A stretch of 64,000 nucleotides of DNA, from contig OX597827.1 in assembly GCA_951406725.2 (NCBI GenBank), forward strand, positions 83,638,001 to 83,702,000. The letters are read 5' to 3'. This document shows, one piece after another, positions 36,603 to 49,295 of this stretch. The notes under the pieces were generated by a model. The model searched no databases. It saw only the letters and a program-made list of their open reading frames with translations, and was not told the DNA's origin. The translations under genes were made by a program, and so were the position numbers. Positions within the stretch are counted from its first letter, which is position 1. Each line of letters opens with the position of its first letter. Source of the stretch: Octopus vulgaris. Taxonomy: Eukaryota.

Positions 36603-38837
36603 CTTTTGCTATTTTAGACTAATTCTACGTCTTTCACTAATAAAGTTTCATTCAGCTTCTTGGCTAATTGCAACACCAGTGACTTTTCAATCACTGTTTT
36701 TCTATATTAATAGCAGATGTTTTTTTTGTTTTAGTGTGCAACACCAGTGGACACTTGTTACTGATGAAGCCCAAAGAGGCAGACATATATATTTAGCAAT
36801 GTTCCCATCCCTGCTGAACACTTTTTGTCTGATTCTCATAAATTTCTGGGGGTTCTTTTTCAACTGTATAACTCTATTGGAGTTGCTTTCTCCAGACATC
36901 ACAGTTTAGAATACTTTCAATGAGGAAGTTGTTTTAAGTATCATACACAGACTGCTTATACACACACACACACATACACACAGACATACACATACAGACA
37001 CACGATACTTTCCTTAATATGTAAATCTTGAGTTTTACTCATGCGGGTGGATGAAGCAAAGTCCACCCGGCTGCATGGGTAAAACCTTGAACAAAAGCTG
37101 TGTAGGAATGTCTTCCCTGGAAGAATATGTACTGCAACGGAACCAACTAAATGCACTTAAATGCTACATCAAAGGACATCAGGGCAATTATGCAACAGAA
37201 ACACGTGTCGGATTGGAATCTAATGGGAATATCATCATCATCATCTTCATTTAATGCCTGTTGTCCATGATGGCATAAGTTGGATGATGTGACCAAAGCT
37301 GGTAAGCTGAGGGGCTGCACCAGACTCCAGTCTGATTTGGCATGGCTTCCTTAGCTGGATGCCCTTCCCAACATCAACCCCTCTGAATGTGTAATGGGTG
37401 CTTTTACATGCCAGTTGCACGACACCAGTATCTGCTATAGCTACGATTTCACTTGGTTTGATGGGTTTTCTTCTCAAGCACAGCATGTTGCCAGAGGTCT
37501 TGGTCATCCATCATTACCTCTGTAATAAATAAAGAAATTTTGAAGATGTCTAATTCTCCCTTCTTCTTTGTGATGTCCTGATTCTGTTACTCTGTATGCT
37601 GAATGAAACCCAGTGAAGAGAACAAAGGATTTACTTATTGAGTGAAATAGAGTTCAATTCTTTATCCTAAACAATTCTGTATGGCCCCTGTCTTTCAATG
37701 TGGTGAGCCAGAACTGGATTGTATCATGGCACTAATAAGGTATCCATCTGGATTCCAAATCTCTTTTCCTTTATGTTAAATACAAGAGGGTGCTGAAAAG
37801 TTCCTGGTTTGTCCCCCACAACATTGCTTGACAACCAATACTGGTGTGTTTATGTTCCCATAACTTAACAGTTTGGCAAAAGAGACTAACATAAGTACTA
37901 GGCTTACAAAGAATAAGTCCTGGTGTTGATTTACTCAACTAAAGGTGGTGCTCCAGCCTGGCCACAGTCAAATGACTGAGACAAAAGAATTAGTTTCACA
38001 CGTAACATTGCACTTGGCAATATTGACACTGATTCAGACCTGCTGGCTGCAAACACAAAGCTTCTTTAATGCTGGTTTACTTGGTGATGATAATGAAGCA
38101 AAATGAGTTCATACAACATTTCTGGGAAGGAACAGTTACCTCCCATTGTACACTATCAGTTGTGCCTGCAGATAGGGTTTTCCATTTTCAGACAAGAAAA
38201 TGGAGAAGACCACGTTGCCAAGATGTATTTCCTGTCATGAGGGTTTTAACTAACAGTTTCAGCTTTTTTATTCAGGAAGGCACCTTGATCATGCAAATTT
38301 TTCACAGCCTCACCTGGCCTCCGTGCAGGTGGCACGTAAAAAGCACCATCCGATCGTGGCCGTTTGCCAGCCCCGTCTGGCACCTGTGCCGGTGGCACGT
38401 AAAAAGCACCCACTACACTCACGGAGTGGTTGGCGTTAGGAAGGGCATCCAGCCGTAGAAACATTGCCAGATCAGACTGGGCCTGGTGCAGCCTTCTGGC
38501 TTCCCAGACCCCTGTTGCACCATCCAGCCCATGCTAGCATGGAAAGCGGACGCTAAACGATGATATTCTCCTTTCAGCCAAAGAAATTTTGCACCACCAA
38601 CTTCCGTTCAGGTGCGTCCCAGGAGTTTCCAATTAATTTTGTACAGAATCCCTTCCACTTTTAATTGTCATATATAGCTGGTTAATGTTGTAATGCGGTG
38701 CCTTACTTGGATTCTATAAGTTGTTAGATTTAAGGGGAAATGTAACACATAGTGGTAGTTTTTGGGTTTAGTAGGGAGAGGTGAGATGAAAAAAAAGAAG
38801 AGACTCAAACATCATCAGATTTCGAGTATTCAAAGTT

Positions 38838-38843
38838 TTTATT
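38838..38843 (-). terminator. Candidate poly(A) signal of RAB24
   Basis: AATAAA on minus strand about 1.25 kb after the stop, followed by U-rich sequence. Confidence 0.45.
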
Positions 38844-40089
38844 AATCAGAAATTATAGAGATTTATATTTTTACTGGTTTCAAATCAATGGCCTGTGGCT
38901 ACACTGGGGCAATACCTTTAAGGGTTTTTTAGTCAATGATATTCACTCCACGACATTATTTCAGTCAAATCCATATTTTATTAATCTTCAATGAATTTGA
39001 TTTAGCATTTGAAATGATGGGAAATAACTTCAGGCATAACCTCAACACCATACTGTCACACACACACACACATTTTCTTCCATCAAATTCCACCCACAAA
39101 ATATTAATTTAAACATTTCAGATTACATGTGTCTTTAAAGAAGTTACTCAGATTGTAATTAGTCTATTTAGTAATAAATAAACTTAATTATGATCAGTTT
39201 GTGAGTTAATTAAAGTTTTGTCAATTATTGCTTAATTGATATTTGAGTGGATCTGTTTGCAATTGTTTAATCAAATATGTTTATCAAACAACACTTGGAC
39301 AAATTTTTATAGTCACACACACATACACATAAATATACACACATAGATATACATATCTAAATGTGTATACGCACATACATCATAATTTATCAGTCACCTA
39401 GAAGTCATTAGTGCCTCACACACACATGGTAATTTATCATGTGTGCTATAGTCATTAGTGACTCTGGTGTTGCCCACTGTATCACAAACCCCAGACCAAA
39501 TTGATACTGACCACTGGCCAAATACCTTACCATTGTCCTTGGTTCAACTGACAGGACTAATATACCCAATGTTTTGGGTATATTAGTGCACCAGTATGGC
39601 CACAACTGGATGACTGAAACCAATAAGCGAATTATTTCAACAATTGTTTGTCATACAATCACAACTGTTACCAACCCCTCCCCTGCCCTGTTTGACCAAA
39701 GTTAATCAATATATCACGTAATCACATTCAAAATATTGATTGGAAAAATTCTCTTTACAAAATGTCAGAAAGAAATAAAGGAGTTGTATTTTGTTTTTCG
39801 TTTTTTTTTTTTTGCTTGAAAGTGAGAAGAGAAAAAAGTGTAGGGGCCACGACTGTTTTGATGGTCCCAGAAACTGGGGCAAGGAGTTATAGGCAACTGG
39901 CCCGAATATTTACGACAGAGTGGACTCTGTCCAAGGCACCCAACGGCCTGGGGGTGGTGTTACTGTGGGTGAGTCTACCCCTCAAAGTATAGGAACAGTT
40001 AACAGAAAAATGCAAGACAGTTGGTCGTCCAAGGTAATAGCCATTGTTCAGCTGGAATAGCCAGTGGTCAGGTGGTGAGTACTGTGAGG

Positions 40090-40166
40090 TCAAGAGGTCA
40101 AGCAACACTTGTATTTTTCTTTATCCTGCAAATGGTAGTTGTTTAATCTGATTGATTGGGTAGAAT
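40090..40166 (-). CDS. RAB24: Rab24 last coding exon
   Basis: Strong pyrimidine tract ttccttcccag|AT..: (D)STQSIRLNNYHLQDKEKYKCCLTS*; double-Cys prenylation-type terminus; phase 1 matches. Confidence 0.85.
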
Positions 40167-40964
40167 CTGGGAAGGAAGAGAGAAATTTAGAGTTACTGGT
40201 GAGAACATAGCAATATGGAGAGACAGAGAGAAAAGGTGTGTGGATGTGTGTGTGTAATTAGTTACACCTGTGTTCAAATCTCACCAAGGTTGACTTAGCA
40301 TTCCATCCATACAGCACCACTAAAATACCAGACATATACTGAGGTCACTCCAACTGACTTTACCCCACTCTGCCCCCCACACTTCTTTTCAAAGTCAAAA
40401 GCCATTAACTCTGGATTGTTTTTTCAACTTGGATCAAATCCTGCCACAGCTGATGTTTATTCTTTCCCCACTCAGGGTTCAATGTAGAAGTAAATAGCAG
40501 TAATATAATGTGGCACAATTCTACAACCTCCACCTACAAATGTCTTCAACAGAATTCTCACTTCACTTAACAGGCAAGTGGCTGAGTATTCCACAGATGT
40601 GTACTCCAGTAGAATCAATATGACATAATTTTCTATATCGTTTATTAAGGGTGGTTGGGTAGTACAGAGAGTAGATCTGTGTTGACAAACGTCCTTTTAC
40701 ATTCTGACTTTCATTCCTCTGGGTTTGATGAAGTAAGGACAAACCAAGTACTGCCAATGTCAATTTGTGCTACGCCTCACTACAGACACTCCATTAATTA
40801 TAGAATTTCTCTGGCATGATTCTAACAATTAAGTTTTCCAAAGTTATTAGTACCTGAGGTCCCTGTTGTACCCCACAGGGATTCTATGACTGCTGGGTTT
40901 AGCACACCCCACCCACAATCCACCCCTAAAAACACAGTAGTTTGAGACACCCAGCCAAACTCAT

Positions 40965-41111
40965 CATTCCACCAAGGTCAACTTTCCCTTTCATCCTTTT
41001 GTGGTCAATAAATTAAATACCAGTTGTGCACTGGGGTCGATCTAATTGACTGGCCCCCTACCCCCAAAATTTCAGGCCTTGTGCCTCTAGTAGAAAGAAT
41101 TACTACTACTG

Positions 41112-41144
<33 letters not shown>

Positions 41145-41380
41145 TTAAGGCAGTGAGCTGGCAGAGTTGTTAGAATACTGGGCGAAATGCTTAGTGGCAT
41201 TTCATCTGTCTTCGTGTTCTGAGTTCAAATTCCACCAAGGTCGACTTTGCCTTTTGTGCTTTTGGAGTCGATAAATTAAGTACCAGTGAAACACTGGGGT
41301 TGACGTAATCGACTGTCCCCCTCCCCACAAATTCCTGGCCTCGTGCCTATTGTAGAAAGGATTATTATTATTATTGTTAT
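40965..41380 (+). mobile_element. Head-to-tail dimer of the (TTA)-tailed SINE joined by (ACT)n
   Basis: Two successive copies ending GAAAGAATTACT and GAAAGGATTATT; a similar dimer lies on the minus strand at about 51378-51740. Confidence 0.75.
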
Positions 41381-41612
41381 TACTATGTATAATTTGCAAA
41401 TTGTTTCTTTATCGTTTGGTGTGTAAAAGATGTTACCATAATGGAGGTTGGCAGTTTTGTCTTTGTACAAACAACAAAGTATAACTGATGATGATGATGA
41501 TTGTTGCTCATTGTTTTTTGTTTTCGTTTTGTATTCTTTATATACATTTGTTTTTCTCACATGTATTGTGTGAAACTCTAACATCCTCGCATTGTGTGTG
41601 TGTGTGTGATTC

Positions 41613-41665
<53 letters not shown>

Positions 41666-41689
41666 CTCGTGTTAAACATATATAATTCT

Positions 41690-43032
41690 ATAGTTCCTCG
41701 AGAGGTGCCCTTCTCAGCCAGGGCTACCCGATGGACAGAAAGACCGATTCTATGACACCCTACTGCAGACTACCTCCTCGACGAATGACAGGGACCTTCT
41801 CTTTGTGGCTGGTGACTTCAATGGGCATGTTGGACAACATGCTGGGGGCTTCCATGGCGTACATGGAGGCTACGGCTACGGTTCCCGCAACGAGGAGGGA
41901 ACTAGGCTGCTGGAGTTCTGTGATGCGAATGATCTTGTGGTCTGCAACACTAACTTCAGGAAACCTACCAGCCACCTAGTCACCTACCGATTGGGTCGAC
42001 ATACTAGCCAAATCGACTACATCCTTGGGGAAGTGTATCAGACTGCCAGAAGGGAAGCTAAGAGACAGGTTTATTTAACCAGAGGGGAAGCAGATAAGAA
42101 AAAATTTGCCAATGTTCTGTGCCGTGAGGACCAAAGACTTGAGGTATTTTGTGTTGCAAGACAGTCTGTGAGAGAGAATCGTGATGTGGTAGGAGAGAAA
42201 TGTGTTTGCATGGATGATGGTTCACTTGCGCTAAATGAGGATGCAGTGTTCATACTCGACAGAGTGTAAGTACCTTGAGAGAAAAGTTGGACCTAAGAAG
42301 CATCAGTTGTGGTGTGCAAGAGAGACGTTTGCGCTGGTATGGTCATGTGGCGAGAATGGATGAAGATAGTTGTGTGAAAAAGTGCCACACTCTAGTGGTT
42401 GAGGGAACCTGTGGAAGAGGTAGACCCAGGAAAACCTGGGACGAGGTGGTGAAGCACGACCTTCGAACTTTAGGTCTCACCGAGGAAATGACTAGAGACC
42501 GAGACCTTTGGAAGTATACCGTGCGTAAGAAGACCCGGCAGGACTAGTGAGACCATAACCCGTGGGCTCTACCTGGGATGTAGCCAGTCCACTTATGCAT
42601 ACCTTTCCTTCTTGGGACACAAAACTCTACTTGTGAAGACCTGTTGAGGCAAGTGAGAATCAGAATCAAAATTGAAATCGAAATCGATCAACATCAATGG
42701 AAATTGTAGCTGTGATATCAGTGCTGGTGGTACGTAAGAGAACCATCCGAACGTGACTGTTGCCAGCCTCGCTTGGCCTCCGTGCCAATGGCACGTAAAA
42801 AGCACTATCCAATCGTGGCCGTTTGCCAGCCTCGTCTGGCACCTGTGTCGGTGGCACGTAAAAAGCACCCACTACACTCACGGAGTGGTTGGCATTAGGA
42901 AGGGCATCCAGCCATAGAAACATTGCCAGATCAGACTGGGTCTGGTGCAGCCTTCTGGCTTTCCAGACCTCAGTTGAACCGTCCAACCCATACCAGCATG
43001 GAAAGCGGATGCTAAATGATGATGATGATGAT
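41690..43032 (+). mobile_element. Internally deleted RTE LINE: endonuclease fragment + C-terminus + full 3' UTR
   Basis: GDFNGHVG..YGYGSRNEEGTRLLEFC..SQIDYIL, then RLRWYGHVARM..RGRPRKTW*, 61-bp-type units and a (GAT)n tail; RT core missing. Confidence 0.9.
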
Positions 43033-43828
43033 ATATATGATGTACAATCACTTGAAGTAAACAATTCATTACTGTAACAACAACAACAACAACAATAGAG
43101 ATGTGATGACATTAAATCAGAAACACAGACAGATCAATAACACCATTTAGAAATGCACAATGACAGGCTAAACCAAGTGATGTTAACACCATGCAAAAGA
43201 CAGACTAAACTAACCAATCAGTATATAATCATTGCTTGATGTGTAATGTCTGTTGAATGTATACAACTATTTATATACATACGTGTGTGTGTGTGTGTGT
43301 GTGTGCATGTATGTTATTATTATTATTAACTTCAAATGCCATCAACTTTGATTTCGCCTTTCATTCGTTTGGGGTCAAAGTACCAGTTGCACACTGGGGT
43401 CAATGTAATCGAATAGCCACCCACAAGAATTTCAGTCCATCTGCCTATAATAACAAAACAACTCCATAAACAAAGAAAAACATTTTCATCATAAGATTAA
43501 TGTAATCAATAAGAATAATCCCTTTTATATTAGTAGAGAGGATTATTATTATTATTATTAATTTCAACCACAAGATGTGAAATTCGTCTACCCAGGGTTT
43601 CCTGGCTGAAATATTAAATTTATTTCACTATTTCTCAAACGGGTAATGTCAACATGGTTTAGCAACTCTGTGTATATATAGTTGTATATAAGCTGAGAGT
43701 CATATACAACTATGTATACACACTTAACTAATGTGGCACGCTCGAACAATTGTGAAGATCTCTTTATATGAAACTATTGGTAGACTTGTTAGCCCCACAA
43801 ATGAAGCAAATACCCACAACTATATATA

Positions 43829-43901
<73 letters not shown>

Positions 43902-44321
43902 ATAGAAAGATAGATAAAACTTACTTGGAAGAGGATGTGTGGTGTTCAATCATATAATAATAATATAAATAATATGCATATATACATATGTATATGTACA
44001 TACTTACATCTATACATACATATATATATATATATATGCATATGTGGGCACAGGACATCATGAAATGTGTAAAATAAAAAAATACGAAGTACGTGTGCAT
44101 GGAATATGAACTACTTTTTCAAACAACGAAAGACACAAATGGAAAACAAAACAAACAACATAAAGAACGACTCTTCATCAGTTGTTGGCTGTTTTTCTAC
44201 TCTCACATTTCTAGGTATTGTGTTACGAATAACCTGGTGTAGAACTCAATATATGTAGACCTTTGAATGAAGTATTAGTCAATGTTTTCCTAAATAAATT
44301 GTCCTTAATATTTGAAATGCT

Positions 44322-44400
44322 GCTCTGATGAAGTTGTAAGGTGTTACTCAAGCACTCAACTATTAGTTCACCACATCTTACAGTGGAAACAGCTGTAAGC
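44322..44400 (+). ncRNA. Type I hammerhead ribozyme motif (PLE-type)
   Basis: GCT-CTGATGA-(about 12-bp stem II GTTGTAAGGTGT/ACATCTTACAGT)-GAAAC-AGCT-GTA-AGC. Confidence 0.7.
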
Positions 44401-44473
44401 TAATGAAATCCATAAGACAGCAGTTTGTTCCTCTGTCCTATAAGTTATATTACCCTATAAGGATAATATAACT

Positions 44474-44516
<43 letters not shown>

Positions 44517-44760
44517 GATGATATATATAAATATATATTTGTATAAACATGAAAAGCAAATAAGTAACAAGGATGTCCAGGTATTAGTCCGTAATGCACC
44601 AATAGCTGAACAACCTTGGTACTTATTTGCTTTATATTCACCTAACTTCGAGTTGTGCAGACAATACCGGACTGACTTGGTGCCTCAACTTAAATACCTA
44701 ATTCAACTGAATCTCAATTATTTCTTATATATAAACACACACACATACATATATACATAC

Positions 44761-44864
<104 letters not shown>

Positions 44865-45021
44865 TGGTTGTATACTGTCAACTTAACGTGACAGTAGGGG
44901 ATTAGACCACCGCTGTTTAGCCCTAGGAAGCATCGACGCTTCCTGTCGGCCTCGACGCATTTCCTGTGTCCTTATATATTTACGAAGGGGAGACAAATAC
45001 CCCCAACAGCTAGGACTGCAT

Positions 45022-45066
45022 CAAGAGACACGCATGTTTCAGGGTCTTTGCCCATCATCGGTCTAG
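45022..45066 (-). ncRNA. Type I hammerhead ribozyme motif with U4C core variant
   Basis: Minus strand AGA-CCGATGA-TGGG(CAAAGA)CCCT-GAAACA(TGCG)TGTC-TCT. Confidence 0.6.
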
Positions 45067-45654
45067 AGTAGCAGAGGCCTGCTAGCTGCAGATATCTGTC
45101 TCGACTCTATCGCTCCACCACCGTACATATCTCTATGAGATATTTAGAAATTTAATATTTCTGATATATATATATATATATATATATCATAATCCTTTAA
45201 CGTCCGCTTTCCATGCTAGCATGGGTTGGACAAAATTATATATTGAACTATACACGACAGTCATATACAACTATGTACAGGAGCCGAGAGAGCTGGAAAG
45301 TAAATAGCAAATAATGATTATGATGATAAAACAGGCTGAAGTCCCTGTTGTGCATGTGTGTATATACATATGTGTGTGTGTATACATGCATGCATGTATG
45401 TGATTATGTATCTGTACGTATATATGTATGCATGTGTTTGTGTGAATGTTTGTATTTTGTGCTTCATTTTAAAAGACTTGAGCTACACAAGATGAAGTTT
45501 GTTGCTCTTCCTTGTCAACAAGTTGTTTGTTTTGCAATTCAAAGGAATGTGAAATAAAATGATGCCTTAATTGAAAAACAGGAAAAGGTTAATGACAAGA
45601 AGGGCTTCAGGCTGTAAAACAATGCCTCAACAATACAGAATTGTCTGTCTAATC

Positions 45655-45938
45655 CAGTGCTCCTCAAACTTTTTCAGGCTGCTGTCCCCTTGGAACTCAG
45701 GTCATATTCTCAGTGACCCTCCCCCCCCACTCATCACCACAAACATAAACCACTTTTACAGTAAATTCAGAACAACTGTATTTCACAAATAAAACTTAAT
45801 TAATCCGTTATTTTGGTTTTTCTTTTATATCCATCACTCCCTTTTGGTGACCCCATTATCACCCCACTTTTCTTCAACATCCCCTGGATCTTTCCACTGC
45901 CCCCAAGGGGGCAGTACCACCTACTTTGGGCACCTCTG
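45655..45938. mobile_element. hAT/Charlie-type MITE (old)
   Basis: Ends CAGTGCTCCTCAAACT / ACTTTGGGCACCTCTG; 8-bp flanks GTCTAATC and GTTTAGTC (6/8). Confidence 0.55.
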
Positions 45939-46160
45939 GTTTAGTCCATACTGGCAACAATAAAATAGATGGGAAAACAAATGAATTGAATATACACACA
46001 TAAACACACATATATAAACAGTGGAAGTTGCTTATTATATACACACACATAATATTAACAAGTGGTTATTGTTATCAAAAAGCTCAGTTACCAAAGTGAT
46101 CACGATAAGTGGTGCCCACTTTATACATGCACACATATAAACTTATACACAGTTGCATTA

Positions 46161-46238
<78 letters not shown>

Positions 46239-46523
46239 TATATATAAATAAAGCATATGACACAATTTTGTAGTAAGCAGATATTCTTGAGAGAGTTTAC
46301 AACTACAGGTTTGTCTATTCTGTTGCCATTCCAAATCAAAAAGACATACTTGTGCCTCACATGACCAACATATCATGCAACAATACTGCAAAGCTGTTAC
46401 TATTAAGGTGCAGTGTAGCGAGGAGAGGGACAAGGCCGTAGCCAGAAAGCAATGTAAACAATAAGAAGCAGTGAAGTTGTGACACACACACACACAGAAA
46501 GACATCATTACAGTTGAGCTCAC

Positions 46524-46559
46524 CACTTGAGTCATCATCACTGTTACCATATTCAGCTC
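46524..46559 (-). CDS. RAB24: Candidate 36-nt frame-preserving cassette exon of Rab24
   Basis: gtctctcgctgcttctcag|GA GCT GAA TAT GGT AAC AGT GAT GAT GAC TCA AGT G|gtgagc; phase 1-1; adds GAEYGNSDDDSS. Confidence 0.5.
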
Positions 46560-47754
46560 CTGAGAAGCAGCGAGAGACAACGGTAAAATATTTAGAGTTA
46601 GACATTGACATGGGGGACAATTTGACTTCACAAACATTTATTTACAACTTTTCAAGGGTCTTTGAGAAGAAAAGAAACCAAAGAAGAAAAAAAAAGTTCA
46701 AAATAAGATCTTTTGTTAATTTTGTCAATGAGTGTTCCAGCTGTTTAACAAGTCAATGACTCGTAGGTGGAAGTGGCTGAATACTCCAGAGACAGTTGCA
46801 CCTATCCAGTAGTTACACACTCTCTCTCTCTCACACTCCAACAAACACAGACACATTTGTAAATTCAATCCACAACCATGAGTTTGACAAAACATAGCCT
46901 GTTGGGCTCAGATTTACAGATTGAATTTACTGACCCTCACCCCTTGTCACTTGGAATTCTTTATTCCAAGTGGCCTAACCATGTTCCTATGAATACCTCA
47001 CTCCAAAGAATATATACACACATATATAGACTCACATTTATACATACATACACACACACACACGCATGTGTGAGCAAGTAATAAACTTAATTGGTGACGT
47101 ACTGAATGCCATGTGGTAAATTCTTTATTTTAAATTTTCTGGAAATTTGAGAAAGAAAACAAAAACCTAGTGGCAACTGGAAAGAAATGGGGAGATAATT
47201 TTCAATAATAAAATTTGGAGAGTTAATTTACATAGTGAAATAATAAAGGCCAATTTGAAGTTTGTTCAAGGCCAAGAAGAAGCATGGACACAATGTCTCA
47301 GCTTGTGAGATCCCATCAGTGTGATCCAATGTAATGAGCTTAGTCACAGATCAGTATTTATATATTTTTGACATAGAGTGACATGATGAGGAGAAACGAC
47401 TGAAAGATGAGTCTATGGCTGCCCCTTATTAGTAACAAAGGCCACAGAGCTATTCTTGAGCTCAGCATGGAACTTGGACAAATTTAGTAAAAATTATCTC
47501 CTCTTTTCCTTTGCTAACAACTGCTATTTGTCTTTTTCATGTTTTTCCCTCTCTTACTCAGAATAAAATTAAAGAAAAAATACACAAGTTATTGTGGACA
47601 GCATCCAATACACTTAACTGGGGTGGCTTGGGGCAGATGTGGTTTCCCAACCAGATGCTTTCAAGTTCAGTAGTACTGAATAGTACTTTTAACTGATGCC
47701 TTCTAATTTCGCTTTGGGAGTGGATTTGGTAAATGAAAACAGAAAGAAATCCAT

Positions 47755-47785
<31 letters not shown>

Positions 47786-49220
47786 CATATTATATGTGTG
47801 TGTGTGTGTGTACTGTTTTCTTGCCTTGGTGTTGTATGATTGCTGTAAATGAGTGTGAATGTCATACAAGCAGTATCTTTCATTTCCAATCTTCTGTGAA
47901 AAACATGTCCGGCAATAGGGAGAATATTACCCTACTTGGAAAAGGATGAAGGCAGGCAACAGGAAGGGCATCTGACCATAGGAAAATCTGCCACAACAAA
48001 TTCTGTTTGACCCATACAAGCATGGAAAAGTGGTCATTAAAATGATGATGAAGATGATATATATACATATATATATTTCTGTGTGAGTTGGAGGTTGGTA
48101 AACCAACCAACTAAGGGATAGTACCTATCCAATATATTGCTAGTAGTGTAGGGTACCTGTGGAAGACATGGGATGAAGACCCAGGAAGACATGGGACGAA
48201 GTGGTGAGAAAAAATCTTTGGATGCTGGGCCTCACTGAGGAATTGACAAGGGACCAGGAGATGTGGCAATTTGCTGTACTTGATAAGATGTGTCAAGCTA
48301 AGTAAAATCCCTGTCTTCAATACATCCAGGCTTGTCCTTTCAGGTGCCAGTACCACATAAAAATACTTATGCCAGTGCTGCATTAACACACCTGTGCCGG
48401 TGGCACATAAAATGCACCCAGCACACTCTGTTAAGTGGTTGGTGCTAGGAAAGGCATCCAGCTATAGAAACCATGTTTAAACAGACAATTGGAGCTTGGA
48501 CAGCTCCATGTCAAACCATCCAACCCAGCGTGGAAAGTGGATGTTAAACAATGATGAGATGCTTCATCCAAATGTAATTTTTGTATTAGAATTTTCCTGT
48601 TTGACGAATTTCTAATAGAAAATTCCTTCCATGTTTATGTAACAGGTAAATCTTTGTAATTCCAATTAGTAAATGAAACATGTGTAACGGAGAATGAATA
48701 ATAGCAAAACAATTTCCAATTTCCTCTTTTGTTTTATACAGGATGGACTTCTTTCAGTTTTTGTATATTAAATACACTTGTGAGACTTTGATTGGCCCAT
48801 GGCTATAGAAGAAGACACTTGTTCATAGGTGCAATACAGTGGGACTGAACTCAAGATCACATGGTTGGGAAACAAGCTTCTTAACCACACAATTGTGTGT
48901 GAGTGTGTACGTGCATTATGGTTGCCTTCTCCAGACATACTCTGCTCCACATGGTGTAGTGTCTACTTAGGAGAGGGAAGGAGTATCAGCAAGGTGAGGG
49001 TTTCAAATACAGGTGAGGCTGCATTTAGAATTCCTCTGCGATGCTTCTGTTTCTCCATCTCAATCAAAGTGGAAGAAGACATTGAGTTTCTACCTGTGTG
49101 AATTGTAGATTCCCACATGTCACTGCTAGACAGGTGGGTAGAGGTCTCAGGTGTTCCAAATAGATAAGTAGACACATTCACCCACACCTACACATACCCC
49201 GACCCCCCACAGTAACTCAC

Positions 49221-49295
49221 CTCGTGACAAAGCTATTGTTTTATTCTTCTTCCACAATTGGATGTAATCTTCAGCGATTCTCAGAAATAATTCCT
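49221..49295 (-). CDS. RAB24: Rab24 coding exon 6 (75 nt)
   Basis: ctgcttcag|AG then ELFLRIAEDYIQLWKKNKTIALSR G|gtgagt. Confidence 0.9.

Noticed and set aside
44175-44215. Minus-strand CTGATGA (similar case CTGACGA at about 63512)
   Set aside because: A hairpin follows but no GAAA; a type II fold could not be closed
48963-49093. Alternative Cys-less last exon for Rab24 (GRNSMSS..PSPK*)
   Set aside because: Poor pyrimidine tract; the exon at 40090-40166 has a strong acceptor and the expected CC terminus
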